Positions 8,936 through 18,783 of a DNA stretch of 64,000 nucleotides are shown piece by piece (the first letter of the stretch is position 1; every line of letters begins with the position of its first letter). The notes under the pieces were generated by a model that was not told where the DNA came from, ran no database searches, and saw nothing but the letters and a program-made list of their open reading frames with translations. The position numbers and the translations under genes were made by a program. This DNA comes from Clostridia bacterium (GTDB taxonomy: Bacteria; Bacillota; Clostridia; Monoglobales; Monoglobaceae). The stretch lies in NCBI GenBank assembly GCA_017546145.1, contig JAFYXN010000013.1, forward strand, positions 5,213 to 69,212, in the 5' to 3' direction.

Positions 8936-10480
8936 ATGGTATTAAAAATTGGAATGTTGGTAGTTTTCTTTGCGATTATGATTGCTGTAGGTATTTATTG
9001 CAGAAAAAATTCAACTGACGTAAGAGGCTTTGTTCTGGGTGGTCGTGCAGTAGGTCCATGGCTTACAGCGTTTGCTTACGGAACATCTTATTTTTCAGCT
9101 GTTATATTTGTGGGCTATGCAGGACAGTTCGGCTGGAAGTTTGGTATTGCTTCAACTTGGATCGGTATTGGCAATGCTGTTCTTGGCTCTCTTCTTGCGT
9201 GGATGGTTCTGGGACGTCGTACAAGACTGATGTCACAGCATCTTGAAAGCTCAACTATGCCTGAATTTTTTGGCAAAAGATATAGCAGCACCGCACTTAA
9301 AATTGCGGCATCAGTTATTGTATTTATATTTCTTATTCCATACACCGCATCGCTTTATAACGGTCTTTCAAGATTGTTCTCGATGGCTTTTCCGGGAGTA
9401 AGCTACTCGGTTTGTGTTATTGTTATGGCGATTCTTACCGGTATTTATGTTATTGCAGGCGGATATATGGCTACTGCAATTAATGATTTTATACAGGGCG
9501 TTATTATGATTATCGGTATCGTTGCGGTTATTGCGGCGGTGCTTACTCAAAACGGAGGGTTTATAGCTGCTCTCAATGGCCTTGCAGAGATTCATGTTGA
9601 AGGCAACGCACCCGGTGCATTTAACTCGTTCTTCGGTCCTGACCCGCTGAATTTAATGTTTGTTGTAATCCTTACCTCACTCGGTACATGGGGACTTCCT
9701 CAGATGGTGCAAAAATTCTATGCAATAAAAAGCGAGAAGGACATAACAAAGGGCACAATTATTTCAACCGTATTTGCGATTATTGTTGCAGGAGGATGTT
9801 ATTTCCTTGGCGGCTTTGGAAGATTGTTTACAGACAGACTTACCTTCCTTTCGGACGGCTCAATTGAAGGTGGTTTTGATGCAATTATTCCGACAATGCT
9901 TTCAGGACTTCCCGATGTTTTGATTGCAATTGTTATCATATTGGTGCTTTCTGCATCAATGTCAACACTTTCGTCACTGGTTCTTGCATCAAGCTCAACA
10001 CTTACGCTTGACCTTATAAAAGATCATGTTGTAAAAAATATGACAGAGAAGAAGCAGGTTCTTATTATGAGAATCCTTATAGTTGTATTTATTGCAATTT
10101 CTGCATACATAGCTTTAAACAAAGATAAGCTCAGTGCTATTGCCGATATGATGGGCATTTCATGGGGTGCTTTGGCAGGTGCTTTCTTAGCGCCGTTTAT
10201 GTATGGTTTGTACTGGAAGAAGACCAGCAAAGCTGCTGTGTGGGCAAGCTTTATATTTGGTGCGGGAATAATGGTTCTTAATATGCTGTTTAGAGGTGCG
10301 TTTCCTGCAATTCTTCAGTCACCTATCAACAGCGGAGTGATTGCAATGCTCGGCGGCCTGGTTGTTGTTCCGGTTGTCAGCATGGTTACAAGGAAACCTG
10401 AAAAAGCATTGACAGATGAAATGTTTGCGTGCTACAATAAAGAAGTAATTGTTACCGCCAAAAAATCATTGGGCGATTAA
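8936..10480 (+). CDS. sodium:solute symporter (SSS) family transporter
   Basis: 514 aa with about 13 TM segments. GGRAVGPWLTAFAYGTSYFSA is typical of the SSS family (PutP/PanF/ActP-like). Confidence 0.8.
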   Translation: MVLKIGMLVVFFAIMIAVGIYCRKNSTDVRGFVLGGRAVGPWLTAFAYGTSYFSAVIFVGYAGQFGWKFGIASTWIGIGNAVLGSLLAWMVLGRRTRLMSQHLESSTMPEFFGKRYSSTALKIAASVIVFIFLIPYTASLYNGLSRLFSMAFPGVSYSVCVIVMAILTGIYVIAGGYMATAINDFIQGVIMIIGIVAVIAAVLTQNGGFIAALNGLAEIHVEGNAPGAFNSFFGPDPLNLMFVVILTSLGTWGLPQMVQKFYAIKSEKDITKGTIISTVFAIIVAGGCYFLGGFGRLFTDRLTFLSDGSIEGGFDAIIPTMLSGLPDVLIAIVIILVLSASMSTLSSLVLASSSTLTLDLIKDHVVKNMTEKKQVLIMRILIVVFIAISAYIALNKDKLSAIADMMGISWGALAGAFLAPFMYGLYWKKTSKAAVWASFIFGAGIMVLNMLFRGAFPAILQSPINSGVIAMLGGLVVVPVVSMVTRKPEKALTDEMFACYNKEVIVTAKKSLGD

Positions 10481-10501
10481 TAAATTTGATTTTAATAAAA
10501 G

Positions 10502-10536
10502 AAAAGACTGTCTTTTTTGCAGACAGCCTTTTCTGC
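10502..10536 (+). terminator. imperfect hairpin plus TTTTCT (possibly a partial terminator)
   Basis: AAAAGACTGTCT/AGACAGCCTTTT with one mismatch. Only about 25 nt separate it from the next RBS. Confidence 0.45.
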
Positions 10537-10558
10537 CGTTTAAAAAGGAGATATATAA

Positions 10559-12196
10559 ATGCCGATTACAGAGATTTTACAAAAGAATGCGGATTTTTAT
10601 CCAAATGATGTCAGCTTGATTGAAATCAATCCGCAGATGGAAAAACAGTCAAGAATGACATGGCGTGAGTATTCGCTTATTGAGGCAAACCCAAATGAGG
10701 CATACCGCAAGGAAATTACCTGGAGTGAGTTCAATAAGCGTGCAAACAGATTTGCAAATTTTTTGCTTACACGCGGAATAAAGAAGGGCGATAAGGTTGC
10801 AATTCTTTTAATGAACTGCATTGAGTGGCTGCCTGTATACTTTGGTATTCTTAAAATGGGTGCAATGGCGGTTCCGCTCAATTACCGCTACGCATCGGAC
10901 GAAATAAAATACTGTCTTGAACTTGCTGATGCTGATGTTATTATTTTTGGTCCTGAATTTACAGGCCGTATTGAGCAGATTTGCCATAAGGTAAAGAGAA
11001 TAAAAATGTGGCTTTATCATGGCGAGGATTGTCCGACGTTTGCAGAGAGCTACGACAGTCTGGTTTCATATTGCTCAAGTAAAAGTCCGCAGATTAAACT
11101 GACAGATGACGATGATGCGGCAATTTACTTCTCTTCGGGAACAACAGGATTTCCCAAGGCGATTATACATAAACATCAAAGCCTTGTTCATGCTGCAATG
11201 ACCGAACAGAGCCATCATTCACAGACAAAAGATGATGTATTTCTTTGTATCCCGCCGCTTTATCATACCGGTGCAAAAATGCATTGGTTCGGAAGCTTTT
11301 TGGTGGGCGGCAAGGCTGTTATCCTTAAAGGAATTAAACCGGAATGGATTCTTAAAGCCGTGTCTGAAGAAAAGTGTTCAATAGTATGGCTCTTGGTTCC
11401 GTGGGCACAGGATATACTCGACTCAATTGAACGCGGCGAAATAAAGCTTGAAGAGTATGAGATTTCACAGTGGCGGCTTATGCATATCGGTGCACAGCCG
11501 GTTCCGCCAAGCTTAATAAAAAGATGGAAGAATGTATTTCCAAATCATCAATATGACACAAACTATGGCCTTTCTGAGTCAATTGGACCAGGTTGCGTAC
11601 ACTTGGGTGTTGAAAACGAACACAAGGTAGGCGCAATTGGAAAAGCAGGCTTTGGCTGGCAGACAAAAATTGTTGATGAAAACGGCATTGAAGTCGCACG
11701 CGGCGAAGTAGGTGAGCTTGCGGTTAAGGGTCCCGGCGTAATGACAGCTTACTATAAGGATGAAAATGCAACAAATGCCGTTTTAAAGAACGGATGGCTG
11801 TTTACAGGTGATATGGCAAGGGAAGACGAGGACGGATTTATCTTTCTTGTTGACCGCAAAAAGGATGTTATTATTTCGGGCGGCGAAAATCTTTATCCTG
11901 TTCAGATTGAGGACTTTTTGAGGAAGTTTGATAAAATAAGTGACGTTGCAGTTATCGGACTTCCTGATGCACGACTTGGCGAGATAGCTGCGGCTATTAT
12001 TCAGATAAAGGACGGTATGACCGCAACAGAAGACGAAATTAACGATTTTTGTGCTGAACTTCCAAGATACAAGCGGCCAAGAAAAGTTATCTTTGCTGAT
12101 GTGCCGCGCAATCCAACCGGAAAAATTGAAAAACCAAAACTCAGACAAATTTACTGTGGCGACAGTGTTGTGGCACAGCAGAATGAAATCAAATAG
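10559..12196 (+). CDS. AMP-dependent acyl-CoA synthetase/ligase (class I adenylate-forming enzyme)
   Basis: 545 aa. YFSSGTTGFPKAIIH (A3 motif), TGDMAREDEDGFIFLVDRKKDVIISGGENLYP and a C-terminal GKIEK. Confidence 0.85.
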   Translation: MPITEILQKNADFYPNDVSLIEINPQMEKQSRMTWREYSLIEANPNEAYRKEITWSEFNKRANRFANFLLTRGIKKGDKVAILLMNCIEWLPVYFGILKMGAMAVPLNYRYASDEIKYCLELADADVIIFGPEFTGRIEQICHKVKRIKMWLYHGEDCPTFAESYDSLVSYCSSKSPQIKLTDDDDAAIYFSSGTTGFPKAIIHKHQSLVHAAMTEQSHHSQTKDDVFLCIPPLYHTGAKMHWFGSFLVGGKAVILKGIKPEWILKAVSEEKCSIVWLLVPWAQDILDSIERGEIKLEEYEISQWRLMHIGAQPVPPSLIKRWKNVFPNHQYDTNYGLSESIGPGCVHLGVENEHKVGAIGKAGFGWQTKIVDENGIEVARGEVGELAVKGPGVMTAYYKDENATNAVLKNGWLFTGDMAREDEDGFIFLVDRKKDVIISGGENLYPVQIEDFLRKFDKISDVAVIGLPDARLGEIAAAIIQIKDGMTATEDEINDFCAELPRYKRPRKVIFADVPRNPTGKIEKPKLRQIYCGDSVVAQQNEIK

Positions 12197-12211
12197 GAGA
12201 GGATGTATACT

Positions 12212-13948
12212 ATGAAAAAATTATTGCTCGGTAATGCAGCTGTGGCGCGCGGAGCTTATGAAGCGGGCGTAAACGTTGTTGCTTCATACCCCGGAACACC
12301 AAGCACAGAAATTACCGAAGAAATTGTTAAATTTGGTGAAATATATGCGGAATGGTCTCCAAATGAAAAGGTTGCAGCAGAGGTTGCTATCGGTGCATCA
12401 ATTGCCGGCGGCAGAGCCATGAGCTGTATGAAACACGTAGGCCTTAATGTTATGGCAGACCCGGTATTTACGGTTAGCTACATAGGAGTAAACGGCGGTC
12501 TTGTTTTCTGTGTGGCAGATGACCCGGGCATGCACTCATCGCAAAATGAGCAGGATTCCAGACACTACGCAAAGGCATCAAAGATAATGATGCTTGAGCC
12601 GGCAGACTCTGCAGAATGTAAAGAATATACCAAAATGGCATTTGACCTTTCTGAAAAGTTTGATACTCCTGCATTTATCAGACTTTCAACCAGAGTTTCA
12701 CACTCTCAGAGCCTTGTTGAACTGGGTGAAAGAAAGGCTGTTCCCGTTAAACCCTATGAGAAGAATATTCCAAAGCACGTTATGATGCCGGCTATGGCAA
12801 TAAAACGCCATGTTGTTGTGGAAGAAAGAATAGAAGCTCTCAGAGAATTTGCTGAAAGCTCAGAAATTAACACGATTGAAGAAAATGGGTCAAAAATTGG
12901 CGTAATTACTGCCGGAATTGCATACGTATATGCAAAAGAAGCACTTGGTGATAAGGCTGACTTTTTGAAGCTGGGTATGGTCTATCCATTGCCTCGCAAA
13001 AAAATAGCAGATTTTGCAAAGAAATATGACAAAGTTTATGTTATTGAAGAACTTGACCCGGTTATCGAAGAAGAATGCAGAGCAATGGGTCTTGAAGTCC
13101 TTGGAAAGGATTTGTTCACACTTCTTGGTGAATACACACCCGAAATGATAAAAAAGGTCATTCTGGGTGAAAAGCCTGCTGAAAAAATTATGCCTGCTGA
13201 AAACATTCCTGTAAGACCTCCGGTTATGTGTGCAGGCTGTCCGCACCGCGGAACATTCTATGTACTCAAAAAATTGGGACTTGTTGTTTCCGGCGACATC
13301 GGTTGTTATACCCTTGGAGCAGCGCTTCCGCTTCAGTCTGTTGATACTACAATTTGTATGGGTGCATCAGTAAGTGCGGCACATGGTATGGCAAAGGCAC
13401 AGGGTGCTGAATTTAACAAAAAGCTTGTATCTGTAATTGGTGACTCGACGTTTATGCATTCAGGTATTACAGGACTTATTGACATTGTTTACAACAAGGG
13501 CAATAATACCGTAATCATTCTTGATAACTCAATCACCGGTATGACCGGACATCAGGATAATCCTACAACGGGCTATACAATCCGTGGCGAAGAAACAAAG
13601 CAGGTAAATCTTATTGCCCTTTGCAAGGCATGCGGTATTGACCATGTTACAGTATGTGACCCGTTCAATATAAAAGAATTTGAAAAGGTTGTTAAAACAG
13701 AGGTTGAAAGGGAAGAACCCTCTGTAATAATTGCTCAGCGTCCGTGCGCACTTTTAAAATCAGTTAAGTATACGGGTCATTGCACAATTTCCGACAACTG
13801 TAAGAACTGCAAAATGTGTATGAAGCTTGGCTGTCCTGCTATCACCCTTAAAGAAGGCAAGGTAGTTATCGACAGCACTCAGTGCAACGGTTGCGGACTG
13901 TGCGTAAATGTTTGTCCTTTTGAAGCAATAGTAAAGGAGGAAGACTGA
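12212..13948 (+). CDS. iorA: indolepyruvate:ferredoxin oxidoreductase alpha subunit
   Basis: LLGNAAVARGAYEAGVNVVASYPGTPSTEI, a TPP-binding region, and two C-terminal CxxCxxCxxxCP clusters. I prefer the ATG at 12212 because of its spacing from GGAGAGG; the ORF-track start is 12203. Confidence 0.9.
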   Translation: MKKLLLGNAAVARGAYEAGVNVVASYPGTPSTEITEEIVKFGEIYAEWSPNEKVAAEVAIGASIAGGRAMSCMKHVGLNVMADPVFTVSYIGVNGGLVFCVADDPGMHSSQNEQDSRHYAKASKIMMLEPADSAECKEYTKMAFDLSEKFDTPAFIRLSTRVSHSQSLVELGERKAVPVKPYEKNIPKHVMMPAMAIKRHVVVEERIEALREFAESSEINTIEENGSKIGVITAGIAYVYAKEALGDKADFLKLGMVYPLPRKKIADFAKKYDKVYVIEELDPVIEEECRAMGLEVLGKDLFTLLGEYTPEMIKKVILGEKPAEKIMPAENIPVRPPVMCAGCPHRGTFYVLKKLGLVVSGDIGCYTLGAALPLQSVDTTICMGASVSAAHGMAKAQGAEFNKKLVSVIGDSTFMHSGITGLIDIVYNKGNNTVIILDNSITGMTGHQDNPTTGYTIRGEETKQVNLIALCKACGIDHVTVCDPFNIKEFEKVVKTEVEREEPSVIIAQRPCALLKSVKYTGHCTISDNCKNCKMCMKLGCPAITLKEGKVVIDSTQCNGCGLCVNVCPFEAIVKEED

Positions 13949-13949
13949 T

Positions 13950-14516
13950 ATGACTAAAAAGATAATGATTGTTGGCGTCGGAGGTCAGGGAACTCTTCTT
14001 GCCAGCAGAATTTTAGGTAATGTAGCGATAAACGAAGGCTATGATGTTAAAGTGTCCGAGGTTCATGGTATGAGCCAACGCGGCGGTAGCGTTGTAACCT
14101 ATGTTAAGTACGGAGATAAAGTGTATTCACCAATAATTGATCAGGGCGAGGCAGATACAATTCTTGCATTTGAACTGCTTGAAGCATACAGAGCACTGCC
14201 GTATCTGAAAAAAGGCGGTAAAATGATTGTAAACAATCAGCAGATAGACCCCATGCCGGTGATAACTGGAGCGGCAGAATACCCCGGGGATATTGCAGGA
14301 AAGCTTAGCAACGAGGTGGATACAACCGTTGTTGACGCGCTTAGTGCAGCAAAAGAAGCAGGTAATATAAAAGCTGTTAATGTTGTGCTTATCGGTGTTA
14401 TGGCAAGAACAACGGATATTGCTTATGAAAAATGGATTGAAACCATTAAAACAACCGTTCCGCCGAAGTTTTTGGACGTAAATCTCAAAGCATTTGAGAT
14501 AGGATATAATCTATAA
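13950..14516 (+). CDS. iorB: indolepyruvate:ferredoxin oxidoreductase beta subunit
   Basis: 188 aa. IMIVGVGGQGTLLASRILG. It starts 2 nt after iorA. Confidence 0.9.
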   Translation: MTKKIMIVGVGGQGTLLASRILGNVAINEGYDVKVSEVHGMSQRGGSVVTYVKYGDKVYSPIIDQGEADTILAFELLEAYRALPYLKKGGKMIVNNQQIDPMPVITGAAEYPGDIAGKLSNEVDTTVVDALSAAKEAGNIKAVNVVLIGVMARTTDIAYEKWIETIKTTVPPKFLDVNLKAFEIGYNL

Positions 14517-14528
14517 GGGGTGTATAAA

Positions 14529-15833
14529 ATGAAATACTGGCAGGAAGAAATCGAAACCATGCCTCGTGAGCAAATTAAAAAAGACCAAAGTAAAAAGCTC
14601 AAGTGGCAGGTTGCAAGAATGTACGAAAAGGTTGAGCTGTTCAGAAAAAGAATGGATGAGGCAGGGCTCAAGCCTGATGATATAAACGGTGTTGAAGACC
14701 TCCACAAGCTTCCGTTTTCATATAAGCAGGATTTAAGAGATTATTATCCTTATGGACTTTTTGCTGTACCTATGAAGGATATAAGACGTGTTCATGCATC
14801 ATCAGGAACAACCGGTAAGCAGATTGTTGTTGGATATACTGATAACGACCTTGAAATGTGGGCGGATTGTTTTGCAAGAATGCTTATCGCAACAGGGGCA
14901 GACGAAGATTCGTTTGTCCATGTCGGATATGGTCTTGGCTTGTTTACAGGTGGTTTTGGTGCGCATGACGGTGCTGTAAGAATTGGCGCGACAGCAATAC
15001 CGATTTCTGCAGGCAATACGCAAAGACAGATTCAGACAATGATTGATTTTGGCTCAACGGTTCTTTGCTGCACACCGTCTTATGCAATGTATTTGGGTGA
15101 AACAATTGAAGAAATGGGTCTTAAGGATAAGCTTCAGTTAAAAGCCGGAATTTTCGGCGCAGAGCCATGGACAGAGGAAATGCGTGCACAAATAGAAGAA
15201 AAATTGGGACTTAAGGCTTATGATATTTATGGCCTTTCTGAAATTATGGGTCCGGGTGTTTCTTATGAATGCGAGTATCAATGCGGTATGCACGTTTGTG
15301 AGGATAACTTTATTCCTGAAATTATTGACCCTGACACAGGCGAAGTGCTCCCTGAGGGCGAGTGGGGCGAGCTTGTGTTTACCACAATAACAAAAGAGGG
15401 CTTCCCCCTCATCAGATACCGTACAAGGGATATTTGTTCTCTTAATTATGAACCCTGCAAATGTGGCAGAACACATGTCAGAATGAACAAGCCTCAGGGC
15501 AGAACAGACGATATGCTGATTATTCGCGGTGTAAACGTATTCCCGTCACAGATTGAAGAAGTTCTCCTTAAAATCGGCGGAGAAATTACCCCCAACTATC
15601 AGATTATAGTTGACCGTGAAAACAATACAGATACCTTCCAGGTTAATGTCGAAATGAGTGAAGAACTGTTCTCGGACGGCATCAAAGCAATCCAGAAGGT
15701 TGAAAAGCAGATTTCCGACAGCCTAAGAAGCACACTGGGTATTGGCCCCAAGGTTAACCTTGTTAACCCCAAATCAATAGAACGCAGCGAAGGCAAGGCA
15801 AAGCGTGTTATTGATAAGCGTAAGCTTAAATAA
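14529..15833 (+). CDS. paaK: phenylacetate-CoA ligase family
   Basis: PaaK-type N-terminus ([26 protein letters not shown]), HASSGTTGK and [16 protein letters not shown]. The ATG at 14529 lies 8 nt after AAGGGG; the track start is a GTG at 14520. Confidence 0.85.
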   Translation: MKYWQEEIETMPREQIKKDQSKKLKWQVARMYEKVELFRKRMDEAGLKPDDINGVEDLHKLPFSYKQDLRDYYPYGLFAVPMKDIRRVHASSGTTGKQIVVGYTDNDLEMWADCFARMLIATGADEDSFVHVGYGLGLFTGGFGAHDGAVRIGATAIPISAGNTQRQIQTMIDFGSTVLCCTPSYAMYLGETIEEMGLKDKLQLKAGIFGAEPWTEEMRAQIEEKLGLKAYDIYGLSEIMGPGVSYECEYQCGMHVCEDNFIPEIIDPDTGEVLPEGEWGELVFTTITKEGFPLIRYRTRDICSLNYEPCKCGRTHVRMNKPQGRTDDMLIIRGVNVFPSQIEEVLLKIGGEITPNYQIIVDRENNTDTFQVNVEMSEELFSDGIKAIQKVEKQISDSLRSTLGIGPKVNLVNPKSIERSEGKAKRVIDKRKLK

Positions 15834-15850
15834 TTGAAAGGAGATATATT

Positions 15851-16264
15851 ATGTTTATAAAACAGCTTTCGATTTTTGTTGAAAATAAAGCAGGCAGACT
15901 TCAGGACATCATCAATGCTCTGGGCGAAAATGATGTTAATATCAGCGCACTGTCAATTGCGGATACCACCGATTTTGGTATTCTGCGAATTATTGTTGAC
16001 AATCCTGACAAAGCAAAGCTTGTGCTTAAAGGGATGGGTGTTATTTCAAAAACAACGGATGTTGTTGCGGTTTATATTGATGACCGCAGCGGTGGTCTTG
16101 CATCTGTCTTGAATCTTGTATCCGATGCGGGAATAGGCATTGAGTATATGTATGCATTTCTTGGCAGAACAGAGGGCAAGGCACTTATGGTTCTTAAAGC
16201 TGATGATGAAGTTAAGCTTGAAAAAGTCCTGATGGAAAACGGTGTAGAGCTTGCAGAGCAATAA
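15851..16264 (+). CDS. ACT domain-containing protein
   Basis: 137 aa with two ACT-like halves (LSIFVENKAGRL.. and VVAVYIDDRSGGL..). An ACT protein is commonly found next to ior and paaK. Confidence 0.75.
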   Translation: MFIKQLSIFVENKAGRLQDIINALGENDVNISALSIADTTDFGILRIIVDNPDKAKLVLKGMGVISKTTDVVAVYIDDRSGGLASVLNLVSDAGIGIEYMYAFLGRTEGKALMVLKADDEVKLEKVLMENGVELAEQ

Positions 16265-16286
16265 TTATTCAGAAAGGAGACGTGGC

Positions 16287-17312
16287 ATGGCTATAAAAAA
16301 GCAACTATTTGGCAAGGCTTTTGATAAGGATGTTTATCTTTTTACACTCGACAACGGAAAAGACCTGACGGCAGAAATTATAAATTACGGCGGAATAATA
16401 AAAAGCCTGATTTATAAGGGCGTTGACGTTGTTCTTGGAAGAGATACAATGGAAGAATATCTAAGCAACAGCGGATATTTGGGAGCGCTGGTCGGCAGAA
16501 ACTCAAACAGAATTGCAAATTCTGAGTTTGTGCTAAACGGCAAAAAATATAAGCTCTGCTCAAATAATGGAAAGTGCAATCTTCATGGCGGAAAGCAGGG
16601 CTTTTCTAACAGAGTATGGGATTTTGAATGTAAAGACGAAATTGAGCCTGAACTGATTTTAACATTGAATAGTCCTGACGGCGATGAAGGCTTTCCGGGC
16701 AATGCGGAAATAAAAGTTACCTACAAGCTGACTAAGCGCAATTCAATTGAAGTTCATTATGAGGGCGTATGTGACAGCGATACAGTTATTAATATGACAA
16801 ACCATTCGTATTTTAATCTTAACGGACATGGTTCGGGTACAGTTGATAAGCATATTATGAAGCTTGAAAGTGAGTATTTTACTCCAAACAACGAAGAATG
16901 TTACCCGACAGGCGAAGTTAAAAAGGTTGAAGGAACGGCGTTTGATTTTGCAACACCCAAAAAATTAGAGGATGGATTCAATGCTGATTGCCAACAAATA
17001 AAAATGTTTGGCGGCTATGACCACAACTTTGCAATCTCAGGCAACGGCTTCAGGAAATTCTGTGAGCTTAAAGGTGATTTAACAGGAATTATAATGGAAA
17101 GCTATACAGACTGCGTTGGTGTGCAGGTCTATACAAGCAATTCGCTTGATGAGCCAAATCCATGCAAGGATGGTGCAGTATATGGATTGCATCAGGGAAT
17201 TTGTCTTGAAACGCAAGCTTTCCCAAATGCAGTAAACTACTCGCATTTTCCGTCTTGCGTGCTAAAGAAGGGCACAAAATACGATACAAAAACGGAATAT
17301 TTATTTAAATAA
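16287..17312 (+). CDS. galM: aldose 1-epimerase (galactose mutarotase)
   Basis: NLHGG..GF, TNHSYFNL and the C-terminal LETQAFPNAVN motifs. The ATG at 16287 lies behind AAAGGAGA; the track start at 16251 overlaps the ACT gene. Confidence 0.85.
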   Translation: MAIKKQLFGKAFDKDVYLFTLDNGKDLTAEIINYGGIIKSLIYKGVDVVLGRDTMEEYLSNSGYLGALVGRNSNRIANSEFVLNGKKYKLCSNNGKCNLHGGKQGFSNRVWDFECKDEIEPELILTLNSPDGDEGFPGNAEIKVTYKLTKRNSIEVHYEGVCDSDTVINMTNHSYFNLNGHGSGTVDKHIMKLESEYFTPNNEECYPTGEVKKVEGTAFDFATPKKLEDGFNADCQQIKMFGGYDHNFAISGNGFRKFCELKGDLTGIIMESYTDCVGVQVYTSNSLDEPNPCKDGAVYGLHQGICLETQAFPNAVNYSHFPSCVLKKGTKYDTKTEYLFK

Positions 17313-17444
17313 ATTATAAAAAAGTGTTTGATAAAACACTTCAACTCCCCTGCCCCTCAATCTTAAGGGGATTAAGGTGCATTTTTGTGTAATATAGGAA
17401 ATTACAACAAAAAAGCAGTAATTTCCTATAAGATAAAAAAAGTC

Positions 17445-17480
17445 AAACCCGACAAGTTAAATCTTGTCGGGTTTTGTTGT
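17445..17480. terminator. bidirectional terminator (galM unit versus fic)
   Basis: AAACCCGACAAG-N6-CTTGTCGGGTTT, flanked by A7 and TTTTGTTGT. Confidence 0.75.
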
Positions 17481-17521
17481 ACAAGATAAATTATACTATT
17501 AAATGTTATTAAAAACAAACC

Positions 17522-18418
17522 CTAACCCTTATATGGTACTTTAAAATAGGCCAAATACTTTTTAAACTTATCCTGTGCTGATAGGCAGGTATCAAGCAAA
17601 TAACCCTTTTCGTTGTTCCATTCAGACAAACCTCTGTAATAGAACATTTTAAGGCTGTCATCAATAATAAACGGTACAATATTATTTTTTAGGCATTCCT
17701 TAAACATAATAAGTCTGCCAACACGCCCATTACCATCCTGGAATGGATGCAAGGCTTCAAACTGATAATGAAACTCTATAACATCTTCCAAGGTATGCTC
17801 ATGCTTTTGATTATAAGATTTCAAAAGTTCTTTGATTTTCTGCTCCACAGTTTCAGGACTTGCAGTTTCTTTTCCACCAACTTCGTTAGGAAGCTTTTTA
17901 TATTCTCCCAAATTAAACCAATCTTTTCTTGAATCGGAGGTTCCGGATTTCAAAGTAAAGTGCAGTTCTTTTATAAACTTTTCCGTGAGCTTATAGGTGC
18001 TATTTTCAATTATCATATTAATACATTTGAAATGATTTGCCGTCTCAATAATATCATCAACGTTTAAGGCATCATTTTCTGCTCCAATAGTATTAGTCTC
18101 AAAAATATATCTTGTTTGGTCGTGGGTTAATTTGCTGCCTTCAATATGATTTGAGTTATAGGTAAGCTCTATTTGAATTTTGTGATAAATTCCGCCCATA
18201 AGGGAAGTCTTTTTCTCTTCTTTTAACCTTTCAAGAAGGTTTTGGGGATCACAATTTTTCTTATTTATTCTTTCGGGTTTTTGTGCATCTTCAGGAATAT
18301 TCCAGGTTTTGCCCGTTAAAAACGCTCCGGGAATCTTGTTTTGAGCACAGTAATTCCGTACCGTCCGTTCTGACATATTCCATTTTTTTGCAATATCTGC
18401 AACTGATAAATAATGCAT
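17522..18418 (-). CDS. Fic family protein with N-terminal HTH (class II, intramolecular inhibitory motif)
   Basis: The Fic motif is HPFQDGNGRVGRL and the inhibitory motif is SNHIEG. The N-terminal part LSVADIAKKWNMSERTVRNYC looks like an HTH. The ATG at 18418 lies behind AGAGGTGA; the track start is 18460. Confidence 0.85.
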   Translation of the reverse strand: MHYLSVADIAKKWNMSERTVRNYCAQNKIPGAFLTGKTWNIPEDAQKPERINKKNCDPQNLLERLKEEKKTSLMGGIYHKIQIELTYNSNHIEGSKLTHDQTRYIFETNTIGAENDALNVDDIIETANHFKCINMIIENSTYKLTEKFIKELHFTLKSGTSDSRKDWFNLGEYKKLPNEVGGKETASPETVEQKIKELLKSYNQKHEHTLEDVIEFHYQFEALHPFQDGNGRVGRLIMFKECLKNNIVPFIIDDSLKMFYYRGLSEWNNEKGYLLDTCLSAQDKFKKYLAYFKVPYKG

Positions 18419-18513
18419 ACTGTTTATCACCTCTGCAACACTTTTTGCCGTTATCGGCAAAATTTCTTCTAAAACGTCATAACGTTTTTTGTTTCTTGCT
18501 GATATTTTTTAAA

Positions 18514-18543
18514 AAATAAATACACCATATAGTGTATTTATTT
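18514..18543 (-). terminator. terminator of the tRNA-Ser pair
   Basis: Perfect 12-bp stem AAATAAATACAC/GTGTATTTATTT with a 6-nt loop, and a T-rich tail on the minus strand. Confidence 0.7.
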
Positions 18544-18544
18544 G

Positions 18545-18635
18545 TGGCGGAGAAGGAGAGATTTGAACTCTCGCGCCGCTTTCACGACCTACACCCTTAG
18601 CAGGGGCGCCTCTTCGGCCTCTTGAGTACTTCTCC
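18545..18635 (-). tRNA. tRNA-Ser (anticodon GCU), CCA encoded
   Basis: The reverse complement folds as GGAGAAG..anticodon loop CTGCTAA..long variable arm..GGTTCAAATCC-like T-loop..CTTCTCC-G-CCA. Confidence 0.9.
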
Positions 18636-18664
18636 GAATTTAAAATTTGTTATTAAAATAAAAA

Positions 18665-18751
18665 TGGCGGAGAGGCAGAGATTCGAACTCTGGGTGCTTT
18701 CGCATCACTAGTTTTCAAGACTAGCTCCTTAAACCACTCGGACACCTCTCC
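18665..18751 (-). tRNA. tRNA-Ser (anticodon UGA), CCA encoded
   Basis: The reverse complement reads GGAGAGGTGTCCGAGTGG..CTAGT-CTTGAAA-ACTAG..variable arm..GTTCGAATC..CCTCTCC-G-CCA. Confidence 0.9.
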
Positions 18752-18783
18752 GTAAAACGTATCGCTTTGTTTGCGACTTTGAC

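Noticed and set aside
8608-8937. 109-aa minus-strand ORF from the track
   Set aside because: It lies entirely inside T-box leader 1, antisense to it. It has no RBS, and its sequence is explained by the structured RNA.
16287-17312. galM as a functional member of the aromatic ior/paaK cluster
   Set aside because: It is probably co-transcribed, being 22 nt after the ACT gene, but I see no biochemical link between a mutarotase and arylpyruvate metabolism. I treat it as operon hitch-hiking rather than part of a system.
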